A stretch of DNA of 64,000 nucleotides, taken from the NCBI GenBank assembly GCA_024401435.1, contig JAKSLB010000008.1, forward strand, positions 54,653 through 118,652, read 5' to 3'. Below the pieces are notes generated by a model, which ran no database searches, was not told the origin of the DNA, and saw only the letters and a list, made by a program, of their open reading frames with translations. The stretch comes from Paludibacteraceae bacterium. GTDB taxonomy: Bacteria > Bacteroidota > Bacteroidia > Bacteroidales > Paludibacteraceae. Shown here in pieces: positions 8,886 through 18,566 of this stretch. Each line of letters begins with the position of its first letter. Position 1 is the first letter of the stretch. Made by a program: the position numbers and the translations under genes.

Positions 8886-10973
8886 CTAGTATTTCGCATA
8901 GAAACGTCTTGAAGCCTCAGCCTGACGAGCTTCAGAGAAATTGCTAATACGTTTCATATAACCGATTACACGTGTTAAATAATCAATATTCTTACTTTGG
9001 CAATGAGGACATTCTTTTAGATAACGTTTATCAATATGACCACAATCATTACATACCGTATTAGGAATATTAAATGTAAAATAATTACATCCCTCTTTCG
9101 CAGCAACACGGATTAGTTGACGATATTGATCTTTTGTCAAATGTTCTTCCAAATTCATATGCAAAGCAGAACCTCCCGTCAAATGCTCTATGTACTTTGA
9201 TCCATGCAAACGGAATTTATCAATCACATTTAATGATTTATCTTCGACTATATAGAAATAGCTATTGTAACAATCACGAGGAACAGTATAACCATCCTCA
9301 CGATCCCATTTTGCATGCTTAACACCCACGTTCTCAGCAGGAATCATTTCGCAATTAAACATCACTTCCTTCGTACGATATTTCTTATTATAACGTTCAA
9401 TCAAACCTAAGACACTTTGAACAAAACGTACATACTCTGGATTATCTTTAATTTCAACTCCCATGAATTCTGCAGCTTCAACCATTCCATTAACACCAAT
9501 AGTTAGGTATTGACGTGACAAATTAATGTAACCAGCATCAAACAATGGCAATAAACCTTTAGCTTGTAATTCTTTCAAATTCTCATTGTAAGCTAATTGT
9601 ACCTTATGAACTAAATCAACAACTTCTTCCAAGAAAGTCAAATAAGGAATCCCATTTTTCACTGCAAATTGCACACAACGATTCAAGTTAACAGTCAACA
9701 CACTCTTAGAACCGGTAGAAACACCTCCAGCACCTAAAGTATAACTAAATCCATTATCTTGTATTTCATTTCTCAAACGGCAGCAACTACTTAATGAATC
9801 TGCATTATCACTGATATATGTAAAGAATGAATGACCTTCAGAATACATTTCAGCTGTGAAATCGCCCCACTCTTCATCTTGTGCATCTCCATCCTTTGTT
9901 AACAATGCCATTGTTTCAACTGGGAACGTCAAAACAGTCTTGGTTCTTTCTGCATTAAACCATTTCATAAATCGTTTTTGCAACCAAGACAAAGATTCCC
10001 AATCTGGGCGTGTTCCGTCAGGGAATACAAAGTTTTCAAACAAACTATTGAAATAATATTTATCGTAATAAGATATATTCCAGAATACAGCTTGGAAATT
10101 ACGAGCACCCGTAGGTTGATTTATAGAATAAACGATTTGTTCAAAACAATCCGTAATCACCTTGTCCAAAGTACGTTGACGAGCAGATAAATCAACTACC
10201 TTATCCGCATTTTTATAATAGTCTTGTCCATACTCTTTTTGTATGAAATAATTCATATACATCAAGAACTCTGGGGTTGCACATGCACCACTCAACATAC
10301 TTGACACCATGAATACCATATTAACGAAACCACCACAGAAAGACTTCAAATTGGTTGGTTTCTTTGAGTTACCACCTATTGAAAGAGTACCGCTAATCAA
10401 CCAAGGATACATAGTGATACTAGCACAATAGTTAGCTAAACTTGTCTCATCGTTCTTATAGATGAAATGTTGATTTAAAAGCTGAAGATATTTGTCAGAA
10501 ACTTCTTTCCCATACATTTCCTTCAAACGATCGACCAACAATCGACGATTTAAACGAATGAAATTTGATTTTGGCAATTCACCAATTAAAGTGGCAATAT
10601 TTTTATTCTCCACATTAGCATTTGCATCATATTTACTTCCAGAAGCAGAATTAGATGCATTACTATAATCAGTAAGAAACTGCAACTTATCACGCACTTC
10701 ACGATCTTCCAAGTGTTTTTGACGATACAAAATGTAGGATTTAGCTACAGAAAAATATTTTTCTGTCATCAAAGAAAACTCAACTTGATTTTGAATCTCC
10801 TCCACACTCATTCCATTGTGAATGCTTAGACGACCTAAAATATCGGTCAAAATTTCCTGCGTTGCGAAACTACCTACTGATAAGAAGGCACGAGAAACAG
10901 CATTTTTAATTTTATCAACAGAAAAAGGTTCTGCTTTCCCGTCGCGTTTTACAATAAAAATATTTCCACTCAT
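8886..10973 (-). CDS. nrdD: anaerobic ribonucleoside-triphosphate reductase
   Basis: 695 aa with an N-terminal ATP-cone (IVKRDGKAEPFSVDKIKNAV), a C-terminal zinc ribbon CNDCGH..CPHCQS and the glycyl-radical motif RVIGYMKR. Confidence 0.96.
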   Translation of the reverse strand: MSGNIFIVKRDGKAEPFSVDKIKNAVSRAFLSVGSFATQEILTDILGRLSIHNGMSVEEIQNQVEFSLMTEKYFSVAKSYILYRQKHLEDREVRDKLQFLTDYSNASNSASGSKYDANANVENKNIATLIGELPKSNFIRLNRRLLVDRLKEMYGKEVSDKYLQLLNQHFIYKNDETSLANYCASITMYPWLISGTLSIGGNSKKPTNLKSFCGGFVNMVFMVSSMLSGACATPEFLMYMNYFIQKEYGQDYYKNADKVVDLSARQRTLDKVITDCFEQIVYSINQPTGARNFQAVFWNISYYDKYYFNSLFENFVFPDGTRPDWESLSWLQKRFMKWFNAERTKTVLTFPVETMALLTKDGDAQDEEWGDFTAEMYSEGHSFFTYISDNADSLSSCCRLRNEIQDNGFSYTLGAGGVSTGSKSVLTVNLNRCVQFAVKNGIPYLTFLEEVVDLVHKVQLAYNENLKELQAKGLLPLFDAGYINLSRQYLTIGVNGMVEAAEFMGVEIKDNPEYVRFVQSVLGLIERYNKKYRTKEVMFNCEMIPAENVGVKHAKWDREDGYTVPRDCYNSYFYIVEDKSLNVIDKFRLHGSKYIEHLTGGSALHMNLEEHLTKDQYRQLIRVAAKEGCNYFTFNIPNTVCNDCGHIDKRYLKECPHCQSKNIDYLTRVIGYMKRISNFSEARQAEASRRFYAKY

Positions 10974-11180
10974 TTTATCAATTAATATTTTACGTTTATC
11001 TATTATTTTTTTACAACAAAAACATCTTAAAAGACATAATAATATTATATCCTCCTCGTGTGCTTCACTACAAAAAATACAATTTGAGTTTGTTAAACAC
11101 TATTCAATTATCACCAGAAAAACAATCAAACATTCTACCAATAGTTCATTTCTAATTCACTTCTGCTCCATTTGTAGAAC

Positions 11181-11222
11181 AAAACAAAAATAGGGATATA
11201 ATTTTAATAATTACATCCCTAT
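11181..11222 (-). terminator. Rho-independent terminator of the symporter-porin operon
   Basis: 13-bp stem atagggatgtaat / attatatccctat on the minus strand, followed by TTTTGTTTT. Confidence 0.75.
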
Positions 11223-11257
11223 TCAATTAAGTTATTAACAAAATGATAAATACTTGA

Positions 11258-12637
11258 TTACCAAGCATATTTAATCATAGCGCAAATTCTATTGTTTTTT
11301 ATATCACGTACGGCATCTGCTTTTCCATATTCATCATGGCCATCGCCATAACCTACATTTGTCAATTCATATTCAAGTCCAAATGTCAACTTATTTACAT
11401 TATAAGTAACAGCTGGACAAATTCTCCAAATATAATCAATGTTAGAAGCACCGTTTACATACAAATCGCCAGCGATTTTCTCACTCATTCCTAAGTTTTT
11501 GAAAAGTCCAACAAACAAATTAGCCTTTACCTTGCTTCCATATGACAAGTTAAGCCAAGTCGTCAAATTTCTCAATGGTGCATACTCACGAGAACCATCC
11601 TCATTCGTATCTATAACACCATAACCACTCATCATATTTAAATGAGCAGTATTCTGACCAAATACACCTTTCCAACGTAATAAGAACTTATCATTCTTAT
11701 AATTAATAAACATCATCGGAGAAGCAGAGAATGCATACTCTTTAACAACACGTTTGGTTTTACCAGTAAGTGTCGTATCTCTTGGTTGAATATCAAGGCT
11801 ACCATCTTCACCAACAATTGTATCATTAACCGTAGCTTTGTACTTATAATCACACTCCATTGTCGTACGTGGTCTTAATCTCAACAAATCAATTCCAGCT
11901 CCGATTTGGAATCCTTTTTCGTTAGCATAATCCAAACCAACAAAGAATTCAGGAAGAATACCTTTATTTAAATAATCTTCTGATTTTCCATCAGGTCCAA
12001 CTGACTTGTATTGGAATTGCCAAATAGCAGCACCCGTAAAACGCATCTTACCCACGGTATAATCATAGCGTAATTGAGGAGAACGGCTAAATGGTTGGAA
12101 TGGAGAACCAGAAGCCAAGCCTAAGACATCAGGAAGATCTCCTGTCATTGGATGCCATGCCTGACCTGCCAAGAACGAATGATGTTCCCACTTCATTTTC
12201 ATATAAGCTTGACGAATACGAAGCATCGTTGTACTAGATGCAAAACCACAAAAGTCTGTCTCTATTTTAGCTGAGAGATCTGCATTCAATGCACGAACAC
12301 CAGAAACATCCAAACCTAAACGTGAAGTAATAGCTAAGAATGTAGCAGTTGAAACATCATTTAAATCCTCATCATGTGATTCATTCCAACTTTGATCCTT
12401 CGGAATTTGATTATACAATCCAGCATTAGACTGAATGTTTTGACGAGAATCGTAATAGAAATAATTACGAACAAATCCATAAGGTTTAAACTTAACCTTA
12501 CCACCATTGGCTGGTTTTTCATTCTCTCCGCCTTTCGAAACTGGCTCTTCTGAGACAACCTTAGCAACTATTGTATCTTGAGCTGCCAATGTACCAAGCG
12601 ACAAACAAATCGCTGCTAATAAGAAAATACGTTTCAT
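11258..12637 (-). CDS. outer-membrane beta-barrel porin (family not resolved)
   Basis: Signal peptide MKRIFLLAAICLSLGTLAAQ, beta-strand-rich sequence and the terminal aromatic ..IKYAW. I prefer ATG 12637 over the ORF-track TTG at 12643. Confidence 0.75.
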   Translation of the reverse strand: MKRIFLLAAICLSLGTLAAQDTIVAKVVSEEPVSKGGENEKPANGGKVKFKPYGFVRNYFYYDSRQNIQSNAGLYNQIPKDQSWNESHDEDLNDVSTATFLAITSRLGLDVSGVRALNADLSAKIETDFCGFASSTTMLRIRQAYMKMKWEHHSFLAGQAWHPMTGDLPDVLGLASGSPFQPFSRSPQLRYDYTVGKMRFTGAAIWQFQYKSVGPDGKSEDYLNKGILPEFFVGLDYANEKGFQIGAGIDLLRLRPRTTMECDYKYKATVNDTIVGEDGSLDIQPRDTTLTGKTKRVVKEYAFSASPMMFINYKNDKFLLRWKGVFGQNTAHLNMMSGYGVIDTNEDGSREYAPLRNLTTWLNLSYGSKVKANLFVGLFKNLGMSEKIAGDLYVNGASNIDYIWRICPAVTYNVNKLTFGLEYELTNVGYGDGHDEYGKADAVRDIKNNRICAMIKYAW

Positions 12638-12650
12638 ATCCAATATAATA

Positions 12651-12688
12651 AAAAAGACAACGAGTCATGAGTAAAATCAACGACTCGT
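12651..12688 (-). terminator. intra-operon hairpin with U-run between the symporter and porin genes (possible attenuating terminator)
   Basis: Stem ACGAGTC / GACTCGT with a 15-nt loop, followed on the minus strand by TGTCTTTTT. Confidence 0.45.
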
Positions 12689-12722
12689 AGTCCTATACTA
12701 ATTTTTCACTCAATTAAATGCA

Positions 12723-14291
12723 TTATTGTAACCAACTATTACAACTAAACAATACGACATAGCCAATAATCAAACTAATGATACCAACGAAGATACCAAC
12801 TAATGCCATTTCTTTCTGTTTAATAAAACCTTTTGAATAAGCAATAGCATTTGGAGGAGTAGAAATTGGCAAAGACATTGCAAATGAAGCGGACAAAGCC
12901 AAACCAACGATCAATGTAGTTGCGCCACCAAAATCTGCCAATTCAGCACTCATACCTTGAGCAATTGCCACAAATATAGGAATCAACAATGCAGCTGTTG
13001 CTGAGTTTGACATGAATGTTGACATTACCAAACACAAAACGCCTGAACCTAAAATCACAGCCAAAGTTGACCATGTATCAAACGGAATAGACGTTACAAT
13101 ATGTTTAGACATCGTCATTACTTCACCTGTTGCAGGATCAACTGCACCGATTTTACCTTCCAAGCCAACACCAAGAGCGAAACCTCCAGCTACAAGCCAA
13201 AGCACATCCCAATCAATTTTAGCCAAGTCTTTTTTCTCAAACACACCTGTCAAGCAAAATACAGCAAACGGAATTAAAGCAACAACATTTGCATTAACAC
13301 CCAATAATCCTTTTCCGAACACCCACAAGAAAATTGTAACAGCAAATGTCACATAAACAACTATAGCTTTAGGACTTTTATCTGTTTCACCTTCTATTTT
13401 AACCTCAACTTTTTCTTGTTTTGAAGGGAAAAATTTACACAAGAACAACCATGCGCAAAAAAGAATCAAAGCAGCAACAGGAACCATCAACATCATCCAA
13501 TTACCAAAACTGATGTTGATACCAATTTTTTCCAACCAACCCACAGCAACAACATTTGGAGGTGTTCCAATTGGAGAACCAATACCACCAATATTAGCAG
13601 CTACAGGAATAGACAATGCCAAGCCCACACGACCTTTATTGTCAGAATCAGGCATTGTAGCCAAAACAGGAGTCAAAATAGCAATCATCATAGCTGCAGT
13701 TGCCGTATTACTCATAAACATTGAAAGTAATGCTGTAACAACTAAGAAACCTAACATAACAAATTTAGGTTTTGTACCAAATGGCTTTAAAATAGCACGT
13801 GCTAAAGTTGCATCCAATTTATATTTAGTAGCAGCAATTGCCAATACGAATCCACCCATGAATAACATAACAGTAGGATCTGCGAATGCAGCCATAATAG
13901 CTTTATTAGAAAGTTTCTCACCAACCTCACCATCAAAGAAGCTTAACATACTATTGGAAGTTGTCAGCAACATCATAACCATCACAACAACGGAAGTACC
14001 CCAAATAGGAATAGGTTCCATAATCCACATCACAGCAGCCATAACAAAGATGGCAATAATTCTCTGTTCAACCACAGTCAACCCAGGAACGCCGAAACAG
14101 TCCGTAGGCAAAAGCCATATAAACAACGTTAAAAAAAGAGTCACACCAAATCCAATGAATTTCTTGCGATCATATCCAAAAATCTTACCTGCTTTAGAAG
14201 CATTCTCCTCTTTTTTAGGAGCATCTTCCACTTTCTTAACATCAGGGGTATCATTATTTGTGACAACCTCTATATTTTCATTACTATCCAT
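12723..14291 (-). CDS. DASS/SLC13 family sodium-coupled anion (di/tricarboxylate or sulfate) symporter
   Basis: 522 aa, polytopic, with the duplicated hairpin motifs FMSNTATAAMM and FMSNSATAALL. Confidence 0.88.
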   Translation of the reverse strand: MDSNENIEVVTNNDTPDVKKVEDAPKKEENASKAGKIFGYDRKKFIGFGVTLFLTLFIWLLPTDCFGVPGLTVVEQRIIAIFVMAAVMWIMEPIPIWGTSVVVMVMMLLTTSNSMLSFFDGEVGEKLSNKAIMAAFADPTVMLFMGGFVLAIAATKYKLDATLARAILKPFGTKPKFVMLGFLVVTALLSMFMSNTATAAMMIAILTPVLATMPDSDNKGRVGLALSIPVAANIGGIGSPIGTPPNVVAVGWLEKIGINISFGNWMMLMVPVAALILFCAWLFLCKFFPSKQEKVEVKIEGETDKSPKAIVVYVTFAVTIFLWVFGKGLLGVNANVVALIPFAVFCLTGVFEKKDLAKIDWDVLWLVAGGFALGVGLEGKIGAVDPATGEVMTMSKHIVTSIPFDTWSTLAVILGSGVLCLVMSTFMSNSATAALLIPIFVAIAQGMSAELADFGGATTLIVGLALSASFAMSLPISTPPNAIAYSKGFIKQKEMALVGIFVGIISLIIGYVVLFSCNSWLQ

Positions 14292-14365
14292 AGATAAATA
14301 TTATAAAATTGTTATTAATTATCGCTATAAGAAATCAACAAATTTCCCATTTTTGAAAAACTCCG

Positions 14366-14373
14366 CAAATGTA
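14366..14373 (-). promoter_or_regulatory. -7 box (TACATTTG) for the symporter-porin operon
   Basis: Perfect TAnnTTTG about 75 nt upstream of ATG 14291. Confidence 0.5.
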
Positions 14374-14522
14374 TAAAATGTGCATAAAATATACAAAAAG
14401 AAACAGGAAAAGATTTCCACAAAATTCACTACCGACTTTAAAAGTTTTTAACAATATTACACATTTTATAATATTTTGTGTATTTCTAATTTTGAAAAAT
14501 TGCAAGATTAAAAAAACAAATG

Positions 14523-14530
14523 TATCTTTG
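14523..14530 (+). promoter_or_regulatory. -7 box (TATCTTTG) for the acyl-CoA carboxylase operon
   Basis: Perfect TAnnTTTG about 185 nt upstream of the first ATG, which implies a long leader. Confidence 0.5.
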
Positions 14531-14714
14531 CACTGAATTTGGCTCAATCGGGGCATTAAATTACATTGAAATATTAACCAATTTAATCAACCTACGGCTA
14601 AGGTTGAAAATCGAAAGGGAGAAACACGGTACGATTTTTTGTTGTAGAGTGAGACTAAGTGAAAAATTAGTAGTAATATGTATATTATATAATGTGTGAT
14701 CCTGATAAAATGTT

Positions 14715-16244
14715 TTGTGTATGATATCTAAAATTCTAGTTGCCAATAGGGGGGAAATTGCGATGCGTGTTATGCGTTCTTGCAAAGAGATGGGCATAAA
14801 GACTGTTGCAGTTTATTCGGAGGCAGACAGAGCTTCACGGCATGTGTTTTTTGCCGACGAAGCGGTTTGTATCGGGCCTGCACAATCTTCCGCCAGTTAT
14901 TTGAACATTGACAACATTATTGCAGCAGCAAAGAAATTCAATGCTGATGCCATTCACCCAGGATATGGTTTTCTATCAGAAAACGCCGAATTTGCAAAGC
15001 GTTGTGAAAAAGAAGGAATTATTTTCATTGGCGCTCCTTATAAAGCCATCCAAGACATGGGTGACAAAATCACAGCTCGCAAACTAATGATTGCAGCGGG
15101 AGTACCTGTAGTTCCCGGAACAGAAAAACCTCTTTCATCCTATGAAGAAGCGCTGGCAACAGCAAAGAAAATAGGATTTCCTATTATGATAAAGGCTTCC
15201 GCTGGCGGTGGAGGTAAAGGTATTCGAATCATTCGCGAAGAAAGTGAATTAAAAAATGCCTATGAAAGTGCCATTTCTGAAGCCATTGCTTCTTTTGCTA
15301 ATGGTACAGTATATATTGAAAAACTTATTGAGCATCCTCATCATATCGAATTTCAAGTTTTAGCAGACAAACACGGAAATGTAGTTCATTTATTTGAACG
15401 TGAATGTTCAATTCAAAGAAAACATCAAAAAGTAATTGAAGAGACCCCCTCTCCTATTATGACAGACAAAGTTCGTAAAGAGATGGGCGAAATAGCAGTT
15501 CGTGCAGCAAAGGCTGTAAACTACGAAGGTGCTGGCACCATTGAATTCATGGTAGATGACAAACTCAATTATTACTTTTTGGAAATGAATACTCGCTTAC
15601 AAGTTGAGCACCCTATCACAGAAGAAGTATTGGGTATCGACCTTGTAAAGGAGCAAATAAAAGTAGCAAATGGTGAACATCTTCGCTTCAAGCAAGAAGA
15701 TCTTTCTCAAAGAGGTCACGCCATTGAATGTCGTATTTGTGCTGAAGATGCTGAAAATGGTTTCACTCCTACACCAGGCATCATCAAATTGATGACAGAG
15801 CCTTCAGGTATTGGTGTTCGTGTTGATAGTTTCTGTTACGAAGGATACGAAATTCCTATTTATTATGATTCAATGCTCAGCAAACTAGTTGTATGGGCAG
15901 CAAACAGAACCTATGCAATAGAACGTATGCGTCGTGTCTTGTACGAATACAAAATAACAGGAACCAAAACAAATTTATCATATTTAAGAAAAATATTGGA
16001 AGTGCCTGATTTCGTTCAAGGTCATTATACAACAGCTTTCCTGGAAGACAACAAACAGGTCTTGGAAGAAATTACGTTAGAAGAGGAATCTGAAGAGGTA
16101 CATAAAGCAGAAGATATTGCAGCTATCGCCGCATATTTCGATTATTTGATGAACGAAGAACGTCCAGCCATTTGTGCTAACGACAATCGTCCTATCAGCA
16201 GATGGAGAGAATTTGGCAAACGCACCAATTTAAGGACGTTATAA
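14715..16244 (+). CDS. accC: biotin carboxylase subunit of an acetyl/propionyl-CoA carboxylase
   Basis: 509 aa, ATP-grasp fold, with KILVANRGEIA, GGGGKGIRI and EMNTRLQVEHP. The start could be ATG 14715 or ATG 14721. Confidence 0.95.
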   Translation: MCMISKILVANRGEIAMRVMRSCKEMGIKTVAVYSEADRASRHVFFADEAVCIGPAQSSASYLNIDNIIAAAKKFNADAIHPGYGFLSENAEFAKRCEKEGIIFIGAPYKAIQDMGDKITARKLMIAAGVPVVPGTEKPLSSYEEALATAKKIGFPIMIKASAGGGGKGIRIIREESELKNAYESAISEAIASFANGTVYIEKLIEHPHHIEFQVLADKHGNVVHLFERECSIQRKHQKVIEETPSPIMTDKVRKEMGEIAVRAAKAVNYEGAGTIEFMVDDKLNYYFLEMNTRLQVEHPITEEVLGIDLVKEQIKVANGEHLRFKQEDLSQRGHAIECRICAEDAENGFTPTPGIIKLMTEPSGIGVRVDSFCYEGYEIPIYYDSMLSKLVVWAANRTYAIERMRRVLYEYKITGTKTNLSYLRKILEVPDFVQGHYTTAFLEDNKQVLEEITLEEESEEVHKAEDIAAIAAYFDYLMNEERPAICANDNRPISRWREFGKRTNLRTL

Positions 16245-16287
16245 TCAGCCCTCACATTTCAAGAATATTTAACAAAACAAAACAAGT

Positions 16288-16812
16288 ATGAAAATTAAAG
16301 TCGGAAACAAAATCAAAGAAATTTCCCTTGTTAACAAAGAAAACAACAAAGTGGAGATTTTGGTGGACGATAAGACATACAACCTAGACATTGTAATGGC
16401 AGAAAACGGGCTATGTTCTATTATCACAGAAGATGGTCACTCTTACAATGCTGAATTAAAACCTAGCAACAACAATCAAAACTATACTGTTAGCGTAGCC
16501 TTCAATACATTCCCTGTTGAAATAATAAGTCCATATCAATATGGTGCGAAAAAAGCAAAATCATCAGAAAAGCAAGATAAAATATTTTCTCCTATGCCAG
16601 GAAAAGTTATCAAACTTTTGGTGAAAGAAGGCGAATTCGTCAAAGCTGGAAGTCCTGTCATTATTATTGAAGCAATGAAAATGCAGAGCGAATATAAGGT
16701 GAAGGATGATTGTATAGTAAAAAGAATATTAGTAAGTGAAGGTGATAACATCGCAGGCAATCAATCCTTAATAGAATTGTGCGAAGCACCGGAAGAAGAA
16801 AATATAAACTAA
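16288..16812 (+). CDS. biotin carboxyl carrier protein (biotin/lipoyl attachment domain)
   Basis: 174 aa with a C-terminal biotinyl domain carrying EAMKMQSE. Confidence 0.9.
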   Translation: MKIKVGNKIKEISLVNKENNKVEILVDDKTYNLDIVMAENGLCSIITEDGHSYNAELKPSNNNQNYTVSVAFNTFPVEIISPYQYGAKKAKSSEKQDKIFSPMPGKVIKLLVKEGEFVKAGSPVIIIEAMKMQSEYKVKDDCIVKRILVSEGDNIAGNQSLIELCEAPEEENIN

Positions 16813-16825
16813 AAAAAAGGAAAGA

Positions 16826-18349
16826 ATGGAATCTTCTAATGAAAGATTTATAGAATTGAATCGTTTAGCGGAAGCTGGCGATGCAGTTCGTATCGAAAAG
16901 CAACACAAAGCTGGCAAATTAACAGCCAGAGAACGTATTGCAATCCTTTTAGACAAGGGAACATTCGTCGAAATAGATAAATTTGTCATCCACCAATGTC
17001 ACAATTTCGATTTAGACAAGCAACAATTAGCTGGAGACGGAATTGTAGGTGGTTATGGAAAAATTGATGGCAGATTAGTATACGTATATGCCTACGACTT
17101 TACAGTATTTGGAGGATCTTTAAGCAGAACGAATGCCAACAAAATTATTAAGCTACAAAAGTTAGCACTGAAAATGGGGGCTCCAATCATAGCATTAAAC
17201 GACTCTGGTGGAGCACGTATTCAGGAAGGTGTGTCTAGTTTAGCTGGATATGGTGACATATTCTATCAAAACACAATCGCATCTGGTGTTATTCCACAAA
17301 TCTCTGTTATTTTAGGACCTTGTGCAGGTGGTGCATGTTATTCTCCTGCATTGACAGACTTTATCTTCATGGTAAAAGATCATAGTCATATGTTCGTTAC
17401 CGGACCAGAAGTTGTAAAAACTGTCACCCACGAAGAAGTAGACAAAGAAGAATTAGGTGGCGCATCTGTTCACAACTCAACAAGTGGTGTAGCTCATTTC
17501 TTAGGAGAAAATGAAGAAGACACACTTATGATGGTTCGTGAATTATTAGCATTTTTACCATCTAATAATATGGATGATGCTCCAAGAGCTCCATATTCTT
17601 CAAACATGGAACCTTCCAGCATAGATTTGGACAATTTTATTCCAACCGACTCAAGCAAGCCATATGACATGAAAGAGTTGATTGAGAGTGTTGTCGATGG
17701 AGGTTATTTCTTTGAAATTCAAGAAAATTTCGCGCCAAACATATTAGTTGGATTTGCAAGAATTGAAGGAAAAGTAGTAGGTATTGTAGCGAATCAGCCA
17801 GCATTTCAAGCAGGTGTGTTAGACATAGACACATCAGACAAGGCTGCAAGATTCATTCGTTTCTGCGATTGCTTCAGCATTCCAATTGTTTCATTTGTTG
17901 ATGTACCAGGATTCCTACCAGGATGTACTCAAGAACATGGTGGTATCATTCGCCATGGTGCAAAGATTGTATATGCTTATGTAGAAGCCACTGTTCCAAA
18001 AATCACAGTCATCACAAGAAAAGCATACGGAGGAGCATACATTGTAATGTCAAGCAAGCACACTGGAGCTGACGTTAACTTTGCATACCCTAATGCAGAA
18101 ATTGCTGTAATGGGTCAAGAAGGTGCTGTCAACATTCTTTACAAGAAAGTAAGTGACGAAGAAAAAACAAAAGCAAGAAAAGAATACGAAGAGAAATTCT
18201 CAAATCCATATCGTGCTGCAGAATTAGGTTATATTGATGAAATCATATTACCATCTCAAACAAGAGAGAAGCTAATTCAAGCATTAGATATGACGCATAC
18301 AAAAATTCGTGCAAATCCTGCTAAGAAACATGGAAATATTCCATTATAG
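16826..18349 (+). CDS. acyl-CoA carboxylase carboxyltransferase subunit (PccB/MmdA-like)
   Basis: 507 aa with LNDSGGARIQEG and GPCAGGACYSPALTDF and duplicated crotonase-like halves. Confidence 0.93.
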   Translation: MESSNERFIELNRLAEAGDAVRIEKQHKAGKLTARERIAILLDKGTFVEIDKFVIHQCHNFDLDKQQLAGDGIVGGYGKIDGRLVYVYAYDFTVFGGSLSRTNANKIIKLQKLALKMGAPIIALNDSGGARIQEGVSSLAGYGDIFYQNTIASGVIPQISVILGPCAGGACYSPALTDFIFMVKDHSHMFVTGPEVVKTVTHEEVDKEELGGASVHNSTSGVAHFLGENEEDTLMMVRELLAFLPSNNMDDAPRAPYSSNMEPSSIDLDNFIPTDSSKPYDMKELIESVVDGGYFFEIQENFAPNILVGFARIEGKVVGIVANQPAFQAGVLDIDTSDKAARFIRFCDCFSIPIVSFVDVPGFLPGCTQEHGGIIRHGAKIVYAYVEATVPKITVITRKAYGGAYIVMSSKHTGADVNFAYPNAEIAVMGQEGAVNILYKKVSDEEKTKARKEYEEKFSNPYRAAELGYIDEIILPSQTREKLIQALDMTHTKIRANPAKKHGNIPL

Positions 18350-18566
18350 AAAGGAATACTCTCAAACTATCGAACGTTTTTTTATACTTGTTTTTTTTAT
18401 TTCACTTGGAACAAAAAAAATAAATTTTATAGTTAAGAATGGCATTTCTAGTAAAAAAAAGAAACATTCCCTATAAAAGAGATAAAAAAATTTTTAAATT
18501 AGCATCGTTTTTATTTTTAGGTCGATAATTAAACTAACATTAGTATAAATTTAAATTAGTATTTTT

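Noticed and set aside
11060-11085. 9-mer TTGTAGTGA shared with the repeat's subterminal region, in the nrdD upstream region.
   Set aside because: A single extra 9-mer hit is expected by chance in about 128 kb of two-strand sequence, and there is no flanking similarity.
10974-11180. Possible cobalamin riboswitch or NrdR boxes in the long nrdD leader.
   Set aside because: The leader is too AT-rich and lacks anything like the B12-box. I could not find an ACACwAwATwTwGTGT-type palindrome.
13513-14376. 287-aa plus-strand ORF, together with 13012-13356.
   Set aside because: It lies entirely antisense to the well-supported DASS symporter gene. Its composition is low-complexity, as is typical of a shadow ORF, and I see no motifs.
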